From positions 496,707 through 560,706 of the forward strand of contig NMRA01000118.1 of assembly GCA_002633005.1 (NCBI GenBank): a stretch of DNA of 64,000 bases, written 5' to 3'. The stretch is from Phoronis australis. Taxonomy: Eukaryota; Animalia; Phoronida. Position numbers and translations under genes: made by a program. Below are positions 38,727 to 50,334 of the stretch, one piece after another; the first letter of the stretch is position 1; each line of letters begins with the position of its first letter. The notes under the pieces are model-generated. The model was not told where the DNA came from. It saw nothing but the letters and a program-made list of their open reading frames with translations, and searched no databases.

Positions 38727-41700
38727 ATGGAGGCGTTATTTGACACAAGTATTGTTTTGTTTCTGATTGTGCATTTATCAGGTAAAATTGCAAAATTCCT
38801 TTGTATTAATTATTACTCCTCTTGTTGTCTACCATTGGGTGTGCCTCTGTGCTTTGTCTAGAACGAAAGCAATACGCATCTGGCATAAGCCAAGCGGGAG
38901 ATTACACAGGCACTGCATGGTTGTTGATATGCATAGTTTGGCAACTTGGACGCCCCGAGATGAAGGGAGGGGGGGGGGGAGGTGTTCACCTATCTGTTTG
39001 GGAGCATAGATTTTCCAGAATTTCATCTTCAAATTCAACTCCCATATCAGTAATTAGAGTGAAACTGTGCCACAACACCTTGAGGGCTAGGCTGAAATTG
39101 GACAAAAGTGATGAACCTCAGCCTCTCCGGTCCCCACTCACTCCATGAGCGACCTTTCTCGAGCTCCCCACCTGAGAGCACCGTGATTAGGTCACAATCG
39201 AAACTAGAGTCGAGTCGATATATATGTCAATGGACAAAACTCACCCAGTAGAGAGCGGCGAGTGCATCATTTACCCGGGAGAGGCAAAAAAGTAGACAGA
39301 TCATTCCTATCCATGGGGCGGATACTAGAATTTGCTGAGGAGGAGGATATGAGCTAAACTCAGCGATAAAACGTGCGGTTTATTTCACATACATGAACAT
39401 GCATCTATAAATGAATCATGTACTGAACGGAAAGTCACTACCCTCGATCTACACTACTGACCAAAGTCAAGCAAGTTAATTTCAAATGTGTGCTTGCTAT
39501 ATTTCAAAGGGAAGCATATGAATTCTCCACTGCTGTCAGCGTCTCTCATTTACGTGAAAATGTACCAAAATAGCAATTATAAGGCTGTCACTTCAGTCCG
39601 CGAAAATCGAGAAATTTAGTTGTCGTTTACGGTCGAATGATATAGATCACCCGAATTCATGTATTTATCTAATCTTAATTTATTTTTCGTACAAACATTT
39701 TGCTACTCGGACGTGACCTCTGAAAAGTTTGCTGCCTGGAGATGGATGCGCCACACGCACCCATGCAGCTCCCCCATGCTTCAGTTCCGAAGTCGACGAC
39801 CCGACTGCCAGTTTTAGCCTCGTCACCTTTCTGCTTTTAGCGACATCTAGCGGCATAACCTGTAATTTCGACAACGGTGTCTGTGGTTACACGGTGACGG
39901 TGCAGAATATCAGATCCTTGTTCTACAGTGATGAATACCGTTGGCACAACATGGACGCCTCTCGCGTGGCTTATGGTCCGAGGCAGCCAGGTCACTCCGG
40001 CAAAGGTGGGTGTGTGTACCACGTGGTCCTGCATGGGCGGCGCACCNNNNNNNNNNNNNNNNNNNNNNNNNNNNNNNNNNNNNNNNNNNNNNNNNNNNNN
40101 NNNNNNNNNNNNNNNNNNNNNNNNNNNNNNNNNNNNNNNNNNNNNNNNNNNNNNNNNNNNNNNNNNNNNNNNNNNNNNNNNNNNNNNNNNNNNNNNNNNN
40201 NNNNNNNNNNNNNNNNNNNNNNNNNNNNNNNNNNNNNNNNNNNNNNNNNNNNNNNNNNNNNNNNNNNNNNNNNNNNNNNNNNNNNNNNNNNNNNNNNNNN
40301 NNNNNNNNNNNNNNNNNNNNNNNNNNNNNNNNNNNNNNNNNNNNNNNNNNNNNNNNNNNNNNNNNNNNNNNNNNNNNNNNNNNNNNNNNNNNNNNNNNNN
40401 NNNNNNNNNNNNNNNNNNNNNNNNNNNNNNNNNNNNNNNNNACACTGTATCCACTGTTCTCCAAATAACACACTGTATCCACTGTTCTCCAAATAACACA
40501 CTGTATCCACTGTTCTCCAAATAACACACTGTATCCACTGTTCTCCAAGTAACACACTGTATCCACTGTTCTCCAAATAACACTGTATCCACTGTTCTCC
40601 AAATAACAAACTGTATTCACTGTTCTCCAAATAACACTGTATCCACTGTTCTCCAAATAGCAAACTGTATCCACTGTTCTCCAAATAACACACTGTATCC
40701 ACTGTTCTCCAAAACGCTGTTAGGAATTCTTTTTAAAAATTTCCACTTTTGGATGAGAGGTTAACAGATGGGACTTTTTGATTTTTATGAAAAAAACTAT
40801 AATTGCCACATAAAACCAAAAACGAAAATAGCTATAGGAAAAAAATCAACATTCAACAACATTATTCATTGCTTGCTTTCTCAAATCGTTACGTCAGAAT
40901 TAATGTTGCCATGAAATGGGAAGTACTGAGGCACTTTGTAATAGCTAATAACGCATAGCATAAAAGGACCCTGTCTAGCTCAAGACACCTGAATGCCTAA
41001 CCTACAGAAAGCACGCTCGATGATTTTCTCAAAGATGAAGAATTTAGCAAAGTCATGTCCTTTTTGCCACGTGTACCGGAAAAATGGCAATTCTGTACCT
41101 AAAGTCACAAATTCAAGATTTCTGCGGTAGAGACAAGAATCTAAATGCTCGTGTACATGCTATCTAGAGTCCAGAAATTTAGATTCAAATATATCATTAC
41201 TGACCAGATTTTTTGCAATTTCCACATGTCTGAAAGGTACCTGGAATCGCCGGTGCCAAATTTTATCACAGTACAAGGACGTGCTCTGAAAATGGTGGGA
41301 TTTCTGTACCTGAGTAGATAAAAACAGAGGCCAAATTTCTGGCTCAAAGCAATTTCAAGTAACTACAGAATACATTTCTGGCAGTTATGTCCCATTTACG
41401 ACACAAAATTGTCGTCAGACCTGACCCACATCACTTTCTTCAAGTTCTGAGGGGCTAAAAAACCCAGAACCATGAGCTACAATTACTGAATGGAAATGAG
41501 TTCTGGTCTAAATCAAATTACCAACGTCTTTAGACACTTTCACGGGAGGAGGTCAGGAAAAGTGTAAGATACACAAGTTAAAAAGTCGAAGATTAAAGGT
41601 CTATAGTTAAATATCAGTATAGTTGTACTGAAGGTCTATTACAGGAAAAGCAATGGTGGCAAGCACGAGCAAAAACATTCAAGCGATGATGTGGACGCGT

Positions 41701-44700
41701 GGATCGGACCATGTGAAGTCTCGCTTGAGTTCGAGGCCATCTGCAGAACATTTGTGTGGAGTTGAGTTTTATTACGTTGTCAACGGGCAAAATCTTGGAT
41801 CTCTAAACGTATACATCTCAGCGGGTGGACAAGAACAACGAGTTATGTCTATCAATCGAGCCCAAGGTGGAGCATGGAAAAGGGGATTCGCTGACGTCAG
41901 CAAATACAAGAAAAATATCAAAGTAAGAAAACCACATGTTAAGCGAAATGCCAAAAGTCTTTGGCAATAAGCCTAACATTTCACTTTCTATTTACGCTGT
42001 GAAAATAGTGTGCAGTAAAAAGTACCAATATTGTTTGACAACATACCTGAACATGGAACTAGAGTTCCATGAACCGAATAAATAAGAGTTTCACATCCAA
42101 TGTCGCTTCCAGCTTGGTTACATTCTCATTTATAACACTTCCAAACACATTTGAAGACTGAAATCACTTTCTAGAGTCACTTCTGAGAAAAAGTAAAAAA
42201 AATGTATTCATCGCGACAGTTTGTTTAGGTGTTGCCAGTTTTCTTTATATTTCCAGAATCGATTTGTTTAATGCCTGTGAACCGTGAATGGCGATTGTTT
42301 TCTAGACAGCAACGCCTAGCGGAAATTTTCATCACACAGCGGGCTGTCGCAGACGGAATTCACTGATTGGGCAACACTTTTACTCTCTTCCACAACGACA
42401 TGTATGATGTGGCCTGTGCAATGATGATGAGTGGCACATGGAATTCCGTGTGTGGGAGTCACCTGGCTTTGCACGTGCCTTGGTTTGGACGTCAATAATT
42501 CATAAACCTTCTTGTTTTGTTTGACGCATTCTAAACATGGGTGTGAGTGTGCCAAAAATGATGATTTGCGTGTCTGTTCTTGTGGTTGCAGCAAAGGCAT
42601 TTGTAAATGGGGCAGATTGGTGCGTTTCGCAAGTTTGCAACCAGTCGTATGTTCAACGTTACTGCATTGAGAAGCCATGTTTCATGTTTAATCCACAGTG
42701 CTATCAGACTATAGTACCTATCGAGAGACTAGACGATTCCGATACATAGGCGGATTTAGGGGGGGGCCCAGGGGGCCAGGCCCCCCCCCTTGGCTGCCGC
42801 AAAAAATAAAACAGTAAGAGCGCAGGGAAATGTTGAGTTTATTAATTAACCTCGGTAATTAAAATTATACGGATGAAAAAAGATTTAAATGTGTGCAGTT
42901 TTAGTGTTGGGGGGGCTCAAATCCAATTTCAACTCAAATCCAATTTCAAGTGTCAAATTCGGAACACGGCGCATTCGTAACGGAACTATCATGGCATAGT
43001 ATCGGCTCTGCTGCGATATCCCAGGCGACCGGCAGTGGCGCTGCGCACTACGACTCCGTTTCCGTCGTCTGCTCCACTGTGCAATGAAGAAAATTTACTT
43101 CATTTTTTAAAGAAAATGGAACCTGAGTGACGATTAAAAAAACAGAAGGTTCTGGTAAGATGTGAATTTTAATCGAAGCCTTAGTGAATCACTCAGAAAC
43201 TCGCAATACTCTCTTTGCCAAACCTTAACTTAAGATGATTTCCAAAGCAATCCCGTCATTATTGCCAACACGAAAAACGGATTTGATCTTTTTGGCATTT
43301 GGAGACTATTTTAAATACGACAAATTTGTTAAGAATCGATGGCACAAAATATAAAACGTGTAATAAGCATTACAAAAAGAAGTAGGTTTCGCGCGCAAAC
43401 GCTGTGGACCATAAACAAGTAGGTCTTTTAGTATGAAAATAGAAGTTAAATCGTTGTGGTGTAGTGGTAACGCACGCGCCCACTAATCGCCAGGTCGTGA
43501 GTTCGAGTCTATGATACTTGAAGTTTATCCTGTTTGACACGTTCTCCGTTTTTTTTTGCCTGTTTTCTTGAATAATACATCAGGAATCAAGGAAAATGCT
43601 TGATTTTTAGAGGTTAAAACAGAAAAATTTCCTGGACCTCCCCCCCATTCGGTGTTATGCGCATCTACAATCGTGGTTCAGTTTGCGCAAATTCTTACAG
43701 CCGGAAAAAATTTTGGCCCCCCCTTGTGATATCCTAGATCCGCCACTGCGATATATTCTGGCTCATGATCCGTCATAGAAATGACGCCGAGTTTTAAAAG
43801 TAGCGCAAGCTGGCCGTCCCAACAAAGACACAGATTAGTTCTCGCACCATATTAATTGCCTTCTGCATTAAATTTTATGTTGGTGACCTCTTGGTAACTG
43901 TACGCGTATACTGCGCAAGCGGATCCATGAAATGGGCAGTCAGGACACCTGTCAGGTTAATCAACGCACGTGACTTTCCAAACAAGGAAGTCAATGCAAT
44001 CAAGAACTTGACTGTATTTCCGACTGCCGCTGACGCCGAGACGGAAAGAGGCTACATTCACCTCGCATAGCACTGGAAAAGAGTAGCAACAATTTGCTGG
44101 CCGTGGCAGCACCACCGGAAAACTGCCGGTGTAGCCTGGGATATCTGCAAAATATTGCACCCAGAGAAATTGCAGGCTCGCTGTCGAAGGTGGCCGATTA
44201 TATCGCTTAAGAGTGAATTATGAGTAACTTATTGAATATGAACTTTATACGTACGTTGAATGTTCGCTTTTAGTTCGTAGCGGCGTGGCCTATTTTCACT
44301 AAGTAAACTGAATGCGGAAAAGGTAGGAGTCTCGAGATTTACATTGAAACAGCAAGATTAGTTGTCGTTTACCGGAAATGACGTTGGGTTTTTGCAGGTG
44401 ACGTTTGAGTCCGTTAATAAGCTGAGTTCAAGCGTTCGTTCTACCTCGTACGACGCCCACATTGTTGATGACGTGTCTGCGATACCGTGTGGTAGGTATA
44501 CATGTACATATAGGTGGTATACCCAACTTAATTTTTTTATCCAGTTTGTTTGCGGATGTGACACGAAGGCTGTTCTTCAGTTCGTGGTGGCTTAAAAGAA
44601 AACTTCCTGAGTCCCACCCATACGTGGACTTCTTGGAATAATTTGTAGTGAGTGCGCAACTCCATCGTTCTACTCAAAGCACAGCTGCGCGTTTGCGCAG

Positions 44701-47700
44701 TTGCATACACACGAATTATCATCCCGCCGACACATACTCGCCATTTTTACGAAATTCCGCAAGGGCAATGAGAAGGAAAGACCTCAGCTTTACGCTAGCT
44801 ATCGGATATACATGTACAGTGTTTAAGTTGCGCCATAGCAAGTTGTTCTAGGGTGTGTGAGGTCGGGGCTCTCGATAAGTTGACGTACGTTGACACAAGA
44901 GGGGCAACTTTCACTAGTTACTGAATGGTGTCCAGACAGCCCCTGAAACCTGGCGACAACTCGTTCCAAGTGTAACTTGTTCTAGGATAAGTGTACGTGT
45001 TGTGTGAACAGCACTTTTGATAAAGCTTGGCTGGCTTCTGAAATTGAATTCCTCGTAACATAAGTTTTGTTGCGAAGAAATATGATAAATATTAGCTAAA
45101 ACCGATTAAGTTTAAACAACTTTTTAACTGATACAGTAGTTGATGGAGGTAGTGGTATTTAGTAAGCGGGTCCAGTATCGCAATTAGACAGCACTAACTG
45201 AAAAGATCACAAGAACGCTTGACAATTGACTTGGTTGTTATCTATCTTGGAAACCGCTTTCGGAGTTGAAATTGTACGGCGACAAGTGTGATGTTTTAAC
45301 ATTCAACTTGCATTTGGGTATTGCCTAAACCGTTTATTTTTACAAATCATAAAGTGGCGAGACCTAGCTCGAGCTGCCATGCCGAGTGCCGAGGAAATCG
45401 ACGACGATCGTGAGTCTGCTCACAAATAGTTAATCAAAAAGAAAATTTAGCGCCGAATCAGAAGAAATGAAGATATCAAAATTATATGGCAGCTTGGCTT
45501 TGAATCCCGATGATCCAATAGTTTTCCCAGGCTTCTAAAACTAACGAATGTGGAGATAATCTGACCGGATTTAAGCAAAATAACACATGTACATGCTAGT
45601 GTGGACTTACAAAGTAAAGCGGACATATTTTAGCAATTTACCATTCTGTTGTTTCAGTCGTATGCTTAGTGGCATCTGTTTTTCAGATTGTTGTATGCGC
45701 GTCCACTGAAGCCGGCATGCATTGTTTCCCACCTGTTAATAAGATTTCACGGTTACACCAACCTGCTTAGACAAGGAAATAACAATTTTTACTGTTTACA
45801 GCTTGCACGGCAAATCCGTGCAAAAATGGCGGGAAATGTTTGAACACCGTCACAAGTGAAGTCGTGGGTTACACGTGCCAATGCGCTGCAGGAACTACCG
45901 GCACAAAGTGCGAGACTTTCATCGACCCATGTATGAAAGTAGACTGCGGAAAGAATGGAAGGTGTGCTTCAAATGGATCGTCTTTCTGGTGCCAGTGCTA
46001 CACAGGGTACGCTGGAAACTCATGTCAAGTTAATATCAATGATTGTGTCAACAACGCCTGCCAGAACGGAGCAAAGTGCGTCGACAAAGTAAACGGTTAC
46101 GCGTGTATCTGTCTTTCGGGGTTTTCTGGGAAAAAGTGTGAAAGTAACATTAACGATTGTGCACAAGATTCTTGTCAGAACGGCGGAAGTTGCGTAGACG
46201 AGGTTGCAAGTTTTTCGTGCTTGTGCCAGGCGGGTTACACTGGACAATTATGCGAGATTGACATCGACGACTGTGCAAATGTTTCGTGCAAAAACTTAGG
46301 TCGTTGCAAAGATCTGGTCAACGGCTTCCAGTGTCACTGTCCGCTAGGTTTCACGGGACAATTCTGTGATACTAACATTGACGACTGCCTTCCTAACGTT
46401 TGCCATAACCGAGGAAAATGTATCGACGGAATAGCTAGTTTCAGCTGTGAGTGTAACAATGGATACGGAGGAAACCAGTGCGAAATAAACATTGACGATT
46501 GCTCGCTTGTACATTGCAAGAACAACGGCACGTGCTTGGACCTTGTAGCAGACTTCGTCTGTCAATGTCCATTTGGGTATTCTGGTAAATTTTGTGAGGT
46601 GAACGTGAACGATTGCCCACCGAATGCATGTGGAAGCGGTGGAACTTGTATGGATTTGGTTGGAACGTACAAATGCGTTTGCGACAAGGGCTTTACGGGA
46701 GATCACTGCGAAAGCAAAGTTCGTAAGTCCATTTCCAACTATTGTGAGTTACAATCTGACCAGAGAATGCGATGTTAGAACACAAACTCAGTGTGGTAAC
46801 CTGCACTTGAGTTAACTGCTATCTTCAAAATGTGACACTTCAAGCATGTAAACTGTCGTAATTTGAATTCATGCATACCGGCTAGTATACATACCTGCAT
46901 GTTGTCACCGAAAAACAGAAATTCGCCAATCACTTGCACTTTGTCTCTCCGGTCGCCTCGTATTTCCTCACTCCGCCTGTTGTCCATCATTTTTGGATAA
47001 ATCCAGGCAGCACCCAAGACTCCGTTCGGAAGACCATGTAAATTGCTACAACTTGTGCCTCGGAGGTCAGCACAAACTGTCACATTTTGAAAGCTTGGAT
47101 AGTTTGTGAAACCCTACTAACAACAAATTGTCGCAGCGAATTCTTACCACAGATTGTCTCTCGAACGCCTGCACAAAATGTCGCAATTTGAAGATAGCGA
47201 CTGTTTGTGCAGTTGCGACAGTTAGTGATATAAACATCCTCACAGCGTCTTGATCGACGAACACACTAACGCAAAGCAGAATTAAGGTTCGGAAGTACTT
47301 TGAGTTCAAAACGATTTCTATGTGTACAAAACGCTTTTTACGTATTGCGTTGCCTTTTTCCGGTATTCGTGAAGAAACAAGAAATACTATTCTGAACTGC
47401 AAGCAGAATGCTACCATACATGTACTTGACTATGCAAGAGTAAATTAACCCTATTTTAAATGAAGAAGCCTACAATGTCATTGACGTAGGAAGCTATCGT
47501 GTAAATCGAGCATTACGCTGCCCCAAATCAAAATTCCATTAAACTTAAAGCATTTCTTATGTCTGCCTTTAAAGAGGCATGGAACACGACAGCTTCTCAA
47601 AAATATCTTTTTTACAATTCCTGACGAAAGTTTCATTACGCGACATCTACAACTACAAAGTTATTCACTTCTCCGGTGACGCAATTTAAAGAAAAAATCA

Positions 47701-49148
47701 CAAAATTCACGATTTTTGAAATGCGCGCCAAGGAAATGCATGGTAGTCACCGCAAAGATAATTTACCATCCACCTCCCAAATATGATAAATGCGCGCAAT
47801 AGCTCACAGTCATTCGACAGCAGATGACTCACAAAATGGATATTAACGCCAAGTAAACACTCCCAATCTAAATGGACAGCACAGTATGAGGCAAGCCTGG
47901 AAAGCAAGCGATTTCTCAGAAAATAATCCGTCAAGTGCATTTTGGAGTATATTTGAATACTACTATACCTTAATAGCTAATTTTAAACTATAGGACTTAC
48001 AACAACTGCTTCTTAATAGGACTGGTTGCTACTTGAAGTCACAATTGTTTCGATCGTTTACATCAAAGGTCACATATTCCATATAAGGGAAATGTACCAC
48101 GTCTATGTTTTGCCATGCCAAATAACGAGACACGCTTCTCCCTGTGGGAGAAAAATCGTGATGAACAGTTGAAAGTTCGTTTTTGAAATTCGAAACACTA
48201 AATTAAAAGTAACAAAGAAAAATGCTTTGATATCAACAGATATTATTTTTTACGTGCAAACTATAAAAATGCCTGGTAAATTGGCAGAGAACCACTTTAA
48301 AAACGCAATTTAGTCTATTTTTGCGTTCCAAGCCAAGTGTGTTTATGTCCAAGTTCCCTTTCTTTTTCAGCACCAAGTTGTGGAGGAAATCTGAACAATA
48401 CAGAAGGTTTCATCGTAAGTCCCGGCTATCCCGTCTCCTACGCCAACAACCTAAGTTGTGTCTGGCGCATTGCAGCTGGCGTTGGACAGCGACTGGGTTT
48501 TTCTCTCCTGAATATGGTTCTGGAATCCTCACCCAACTGTGCTAAAGATTATCTGATGGTTGAGAATGCTATGACACTCACACCGCCACCTGTTGTAAGG
48601 TTTTGTGGCCACAAGTATACCTACAGCTTCACTAGTATTGCCAATACGGCAACTGTAACGTTCAGCACTGATGCTGGAGGAACTGCCGGAGGATTCATGC
48701 TGTATTACCAAGGTAAAGTTTGTAGTGTTGTATTTCATTACCAGGATAATATTCAAAATCAAGAAAATTGTGAAAATAAATAAGAATTGCAATTTCAAAG
48801 CAACAAACCATATTCTCCAGCTAAATAATTTTGCAAACAGTTAAAAAAATAAACTTGCCCAAGACCACTGATCTAGCAGTCACAACTTGAATACTAAGCA
48901 GTTTACTAATGGCTGTGTTTCATTTTTCAGTTTTAGGTTGCAGCAGACAGGACTTACCCAGCATCCATCCCAACGCTAGGTTACTGAATCCGCACTACTA
49001 TTACCCCTACGGTTACATCGCCAGATATGAGTGTAATAGTGGTTACACACCAGCTAATGACAATAATGACACAGAGGTGGCGCTGGTGTGCAGCAGCGAT
49101 CACACGTGGCAGGGGCCACCTGTCACTTGTGTGAAAACTGGAAAGTAA
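38727..49148 (+). CDS. Secreted mosaic protein: signal peptide, MAM, 8 Notch/fibropellin-type EGF repeats, CUB, CCP/Sushi; ~690 aa
   Basis: Exons 38727-38781, 39841-40005, 41645-41922, 44398-44491, 45802-46722, 48371-48712, 48931-49148, all GT-AG and phase-consistent (2073 nt). MAM: CNFDNGVC..W..GP, CGVEFYY..GSLNVY..W, VTFE..IVDDV..PC. EGF-Ca: NI(N/D)DC..C.NGG.C.D....F.C.C..GF.G..C. CUB: CGGNL..G.I.SPGYP..Y.NNLSC.W.I..C.KDYL..FCG..FSTD..GF. CCP: C..P..NA..YEC.SGY..C..D.TW..P.C. The N gap lies in intron 2. Confidence 0.9.
40047..40441. other. Assembly gap (N run)
   Basis: Run of n characters adjacent to a minisatellite. Confidence 1.
40442..40713. repeat. 26-28-bp minisatellite (acactgtatccactgttctccaaataac)n, ~10 visible units
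   Basis: Direct tandem copies running into the gap. Confidence 0.97.
42745..43748. mobile_element. ~1-kb non-autonomous hAT-like element with exact 5-bp TSD CGATA
   Basis: CATAGGCGGATTTAGG+polyG / CCTAGATCCGCCACTG ends; CGATA at 42740-42744 and 43749-43753. Confidence 0.82.
43450..43516 (+). pseudogene. tRNA-derived sequence (tRNA pseudogene or SINE head) inside the 42745-43748 element
   Basis: A-box TGGTGTAGTGG and B-box GAGTTCGAGTC at tRNA spacing; D-stem GTGT/ACGC pairs, but anticodon and T stems do not. Confidence 0.55.
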
Positions 49149-49416
49149 TCCGCATCCAAAATCACGAGACTTATGTTCTGTTGTGTTGGTGTACGAAATC
49201 AATGAAAACAGATTGGAAATCCATAACAACTAATGAATTACAGTACAACTCATCACGATAAGACAGATATGCAAAAGTCAGATTTTCACTTTACTCATAC
49301 AAAATCCAATGGTGAGGTTGTTCTAGGTCATCAACTTGGCCCAACAGATAAGTTTGATGTGCCTTACTCGAATTAGACATTGTCCAAATTTGGCATGAAA
49401 TTGCATACCGGCTAAT

Positions 49417-49560
49417 CATGGGTGGCGCAGCACTGAAAAATGTGGGGGGCTTAAGCCCCCTGAGCCCCCCTGTGGTGCATCGCCTATAAACCAAGTGCAG
49501 CGTGGCACTGAAAAAAGTGGGGGCTATAGCCCCCCAGCCCCCTATGGTGTGCCGACCATG
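49417..49560. mobile_element. MITE with exact 5-bp TSD CTAAT
   Basis: CATGGGTGGCGCAGCA / TGGTGTGCCGACCATG ends; CTAAT at 49412-49416 and 49561-49565; two internal tandem units. Confidence 0.8.
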
Positions 49561-50334
49561 CTAATTACAATCAGTAGTCTAAACTGAGGTGAAAAACAGC
49601 TACGGTACGTAATTGATTTAGTCATGGTATATACATCAACTATAACAGTTATGGCATACAGTTTATTTCAAAAGACAAAATACATGTCAGGAGTTGATGA
49701 GTTTAAGGAATTCTAGCTGAAGCTGACTAGAGCAGTAAAAATCGCACAACATTTCCCCTCACTGGAATAAAATCACTCACTCTGATTCGATCCAATTCTG
49801 CAAGTTTAAATGTAGTTTCCTCAAAATTATGGCAAATTAAAAAAAATTAGATACAAGAATTCGTATAAAACAGAAAATTTGGATCAGTACCTAGTCCTTG
49901 GCAACGCATCAACTTGGATAGTAACTGCATACCTAGAGTATAACAACAATCAGATTAGAAGTGACAGTACAAAAAATTTGTCTTCACAATTTTACATTCC
50001 TTAGGTCAAAGGAACATTCCGTCAACATCTTCCACATATCTGATAGACTAAACTGTGACTAGTCAAAAGTCCTTCTAAATTTCTGATAAAATCAACTTTG
50101 ACTAGGCAAAGGTCTCCTCGGAAAACATGGTTCAATATTTCACACAATTCAATTTTAGCAATATTGCACAATATTTATGAGATACAATAAAGTTAACAAT
50201 AATAAAACAAGACTTTCAAATCTGATACACGCAACAACCAACCAACCATCATTTGTTACCATTCAATGGTGCAGTCATGTCAAATAAATCGAGACAAAGT
50301 GACAATAAATAAACATAATTATTATGTGAAGACA

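Noticed and set aside
39729-40702. Long ORFs of 175-255 aa in the ORF track
   Set aside because: Artefacts of the N gap and minisatellite; only 39841-40005 is a real exon.
40442-40713. 28-bp repeats as a CRISPR array
   Set aside because: Head-to-tail units with no unique spacers, no cas genes, and a eukaryotic intron context.
45802-46722. Notch, Delta or Jagged gene
   Set aside because: No DSL, LNR, ankyrin or transmembrane exon; flanking exons are MAM, CUB and CCP.
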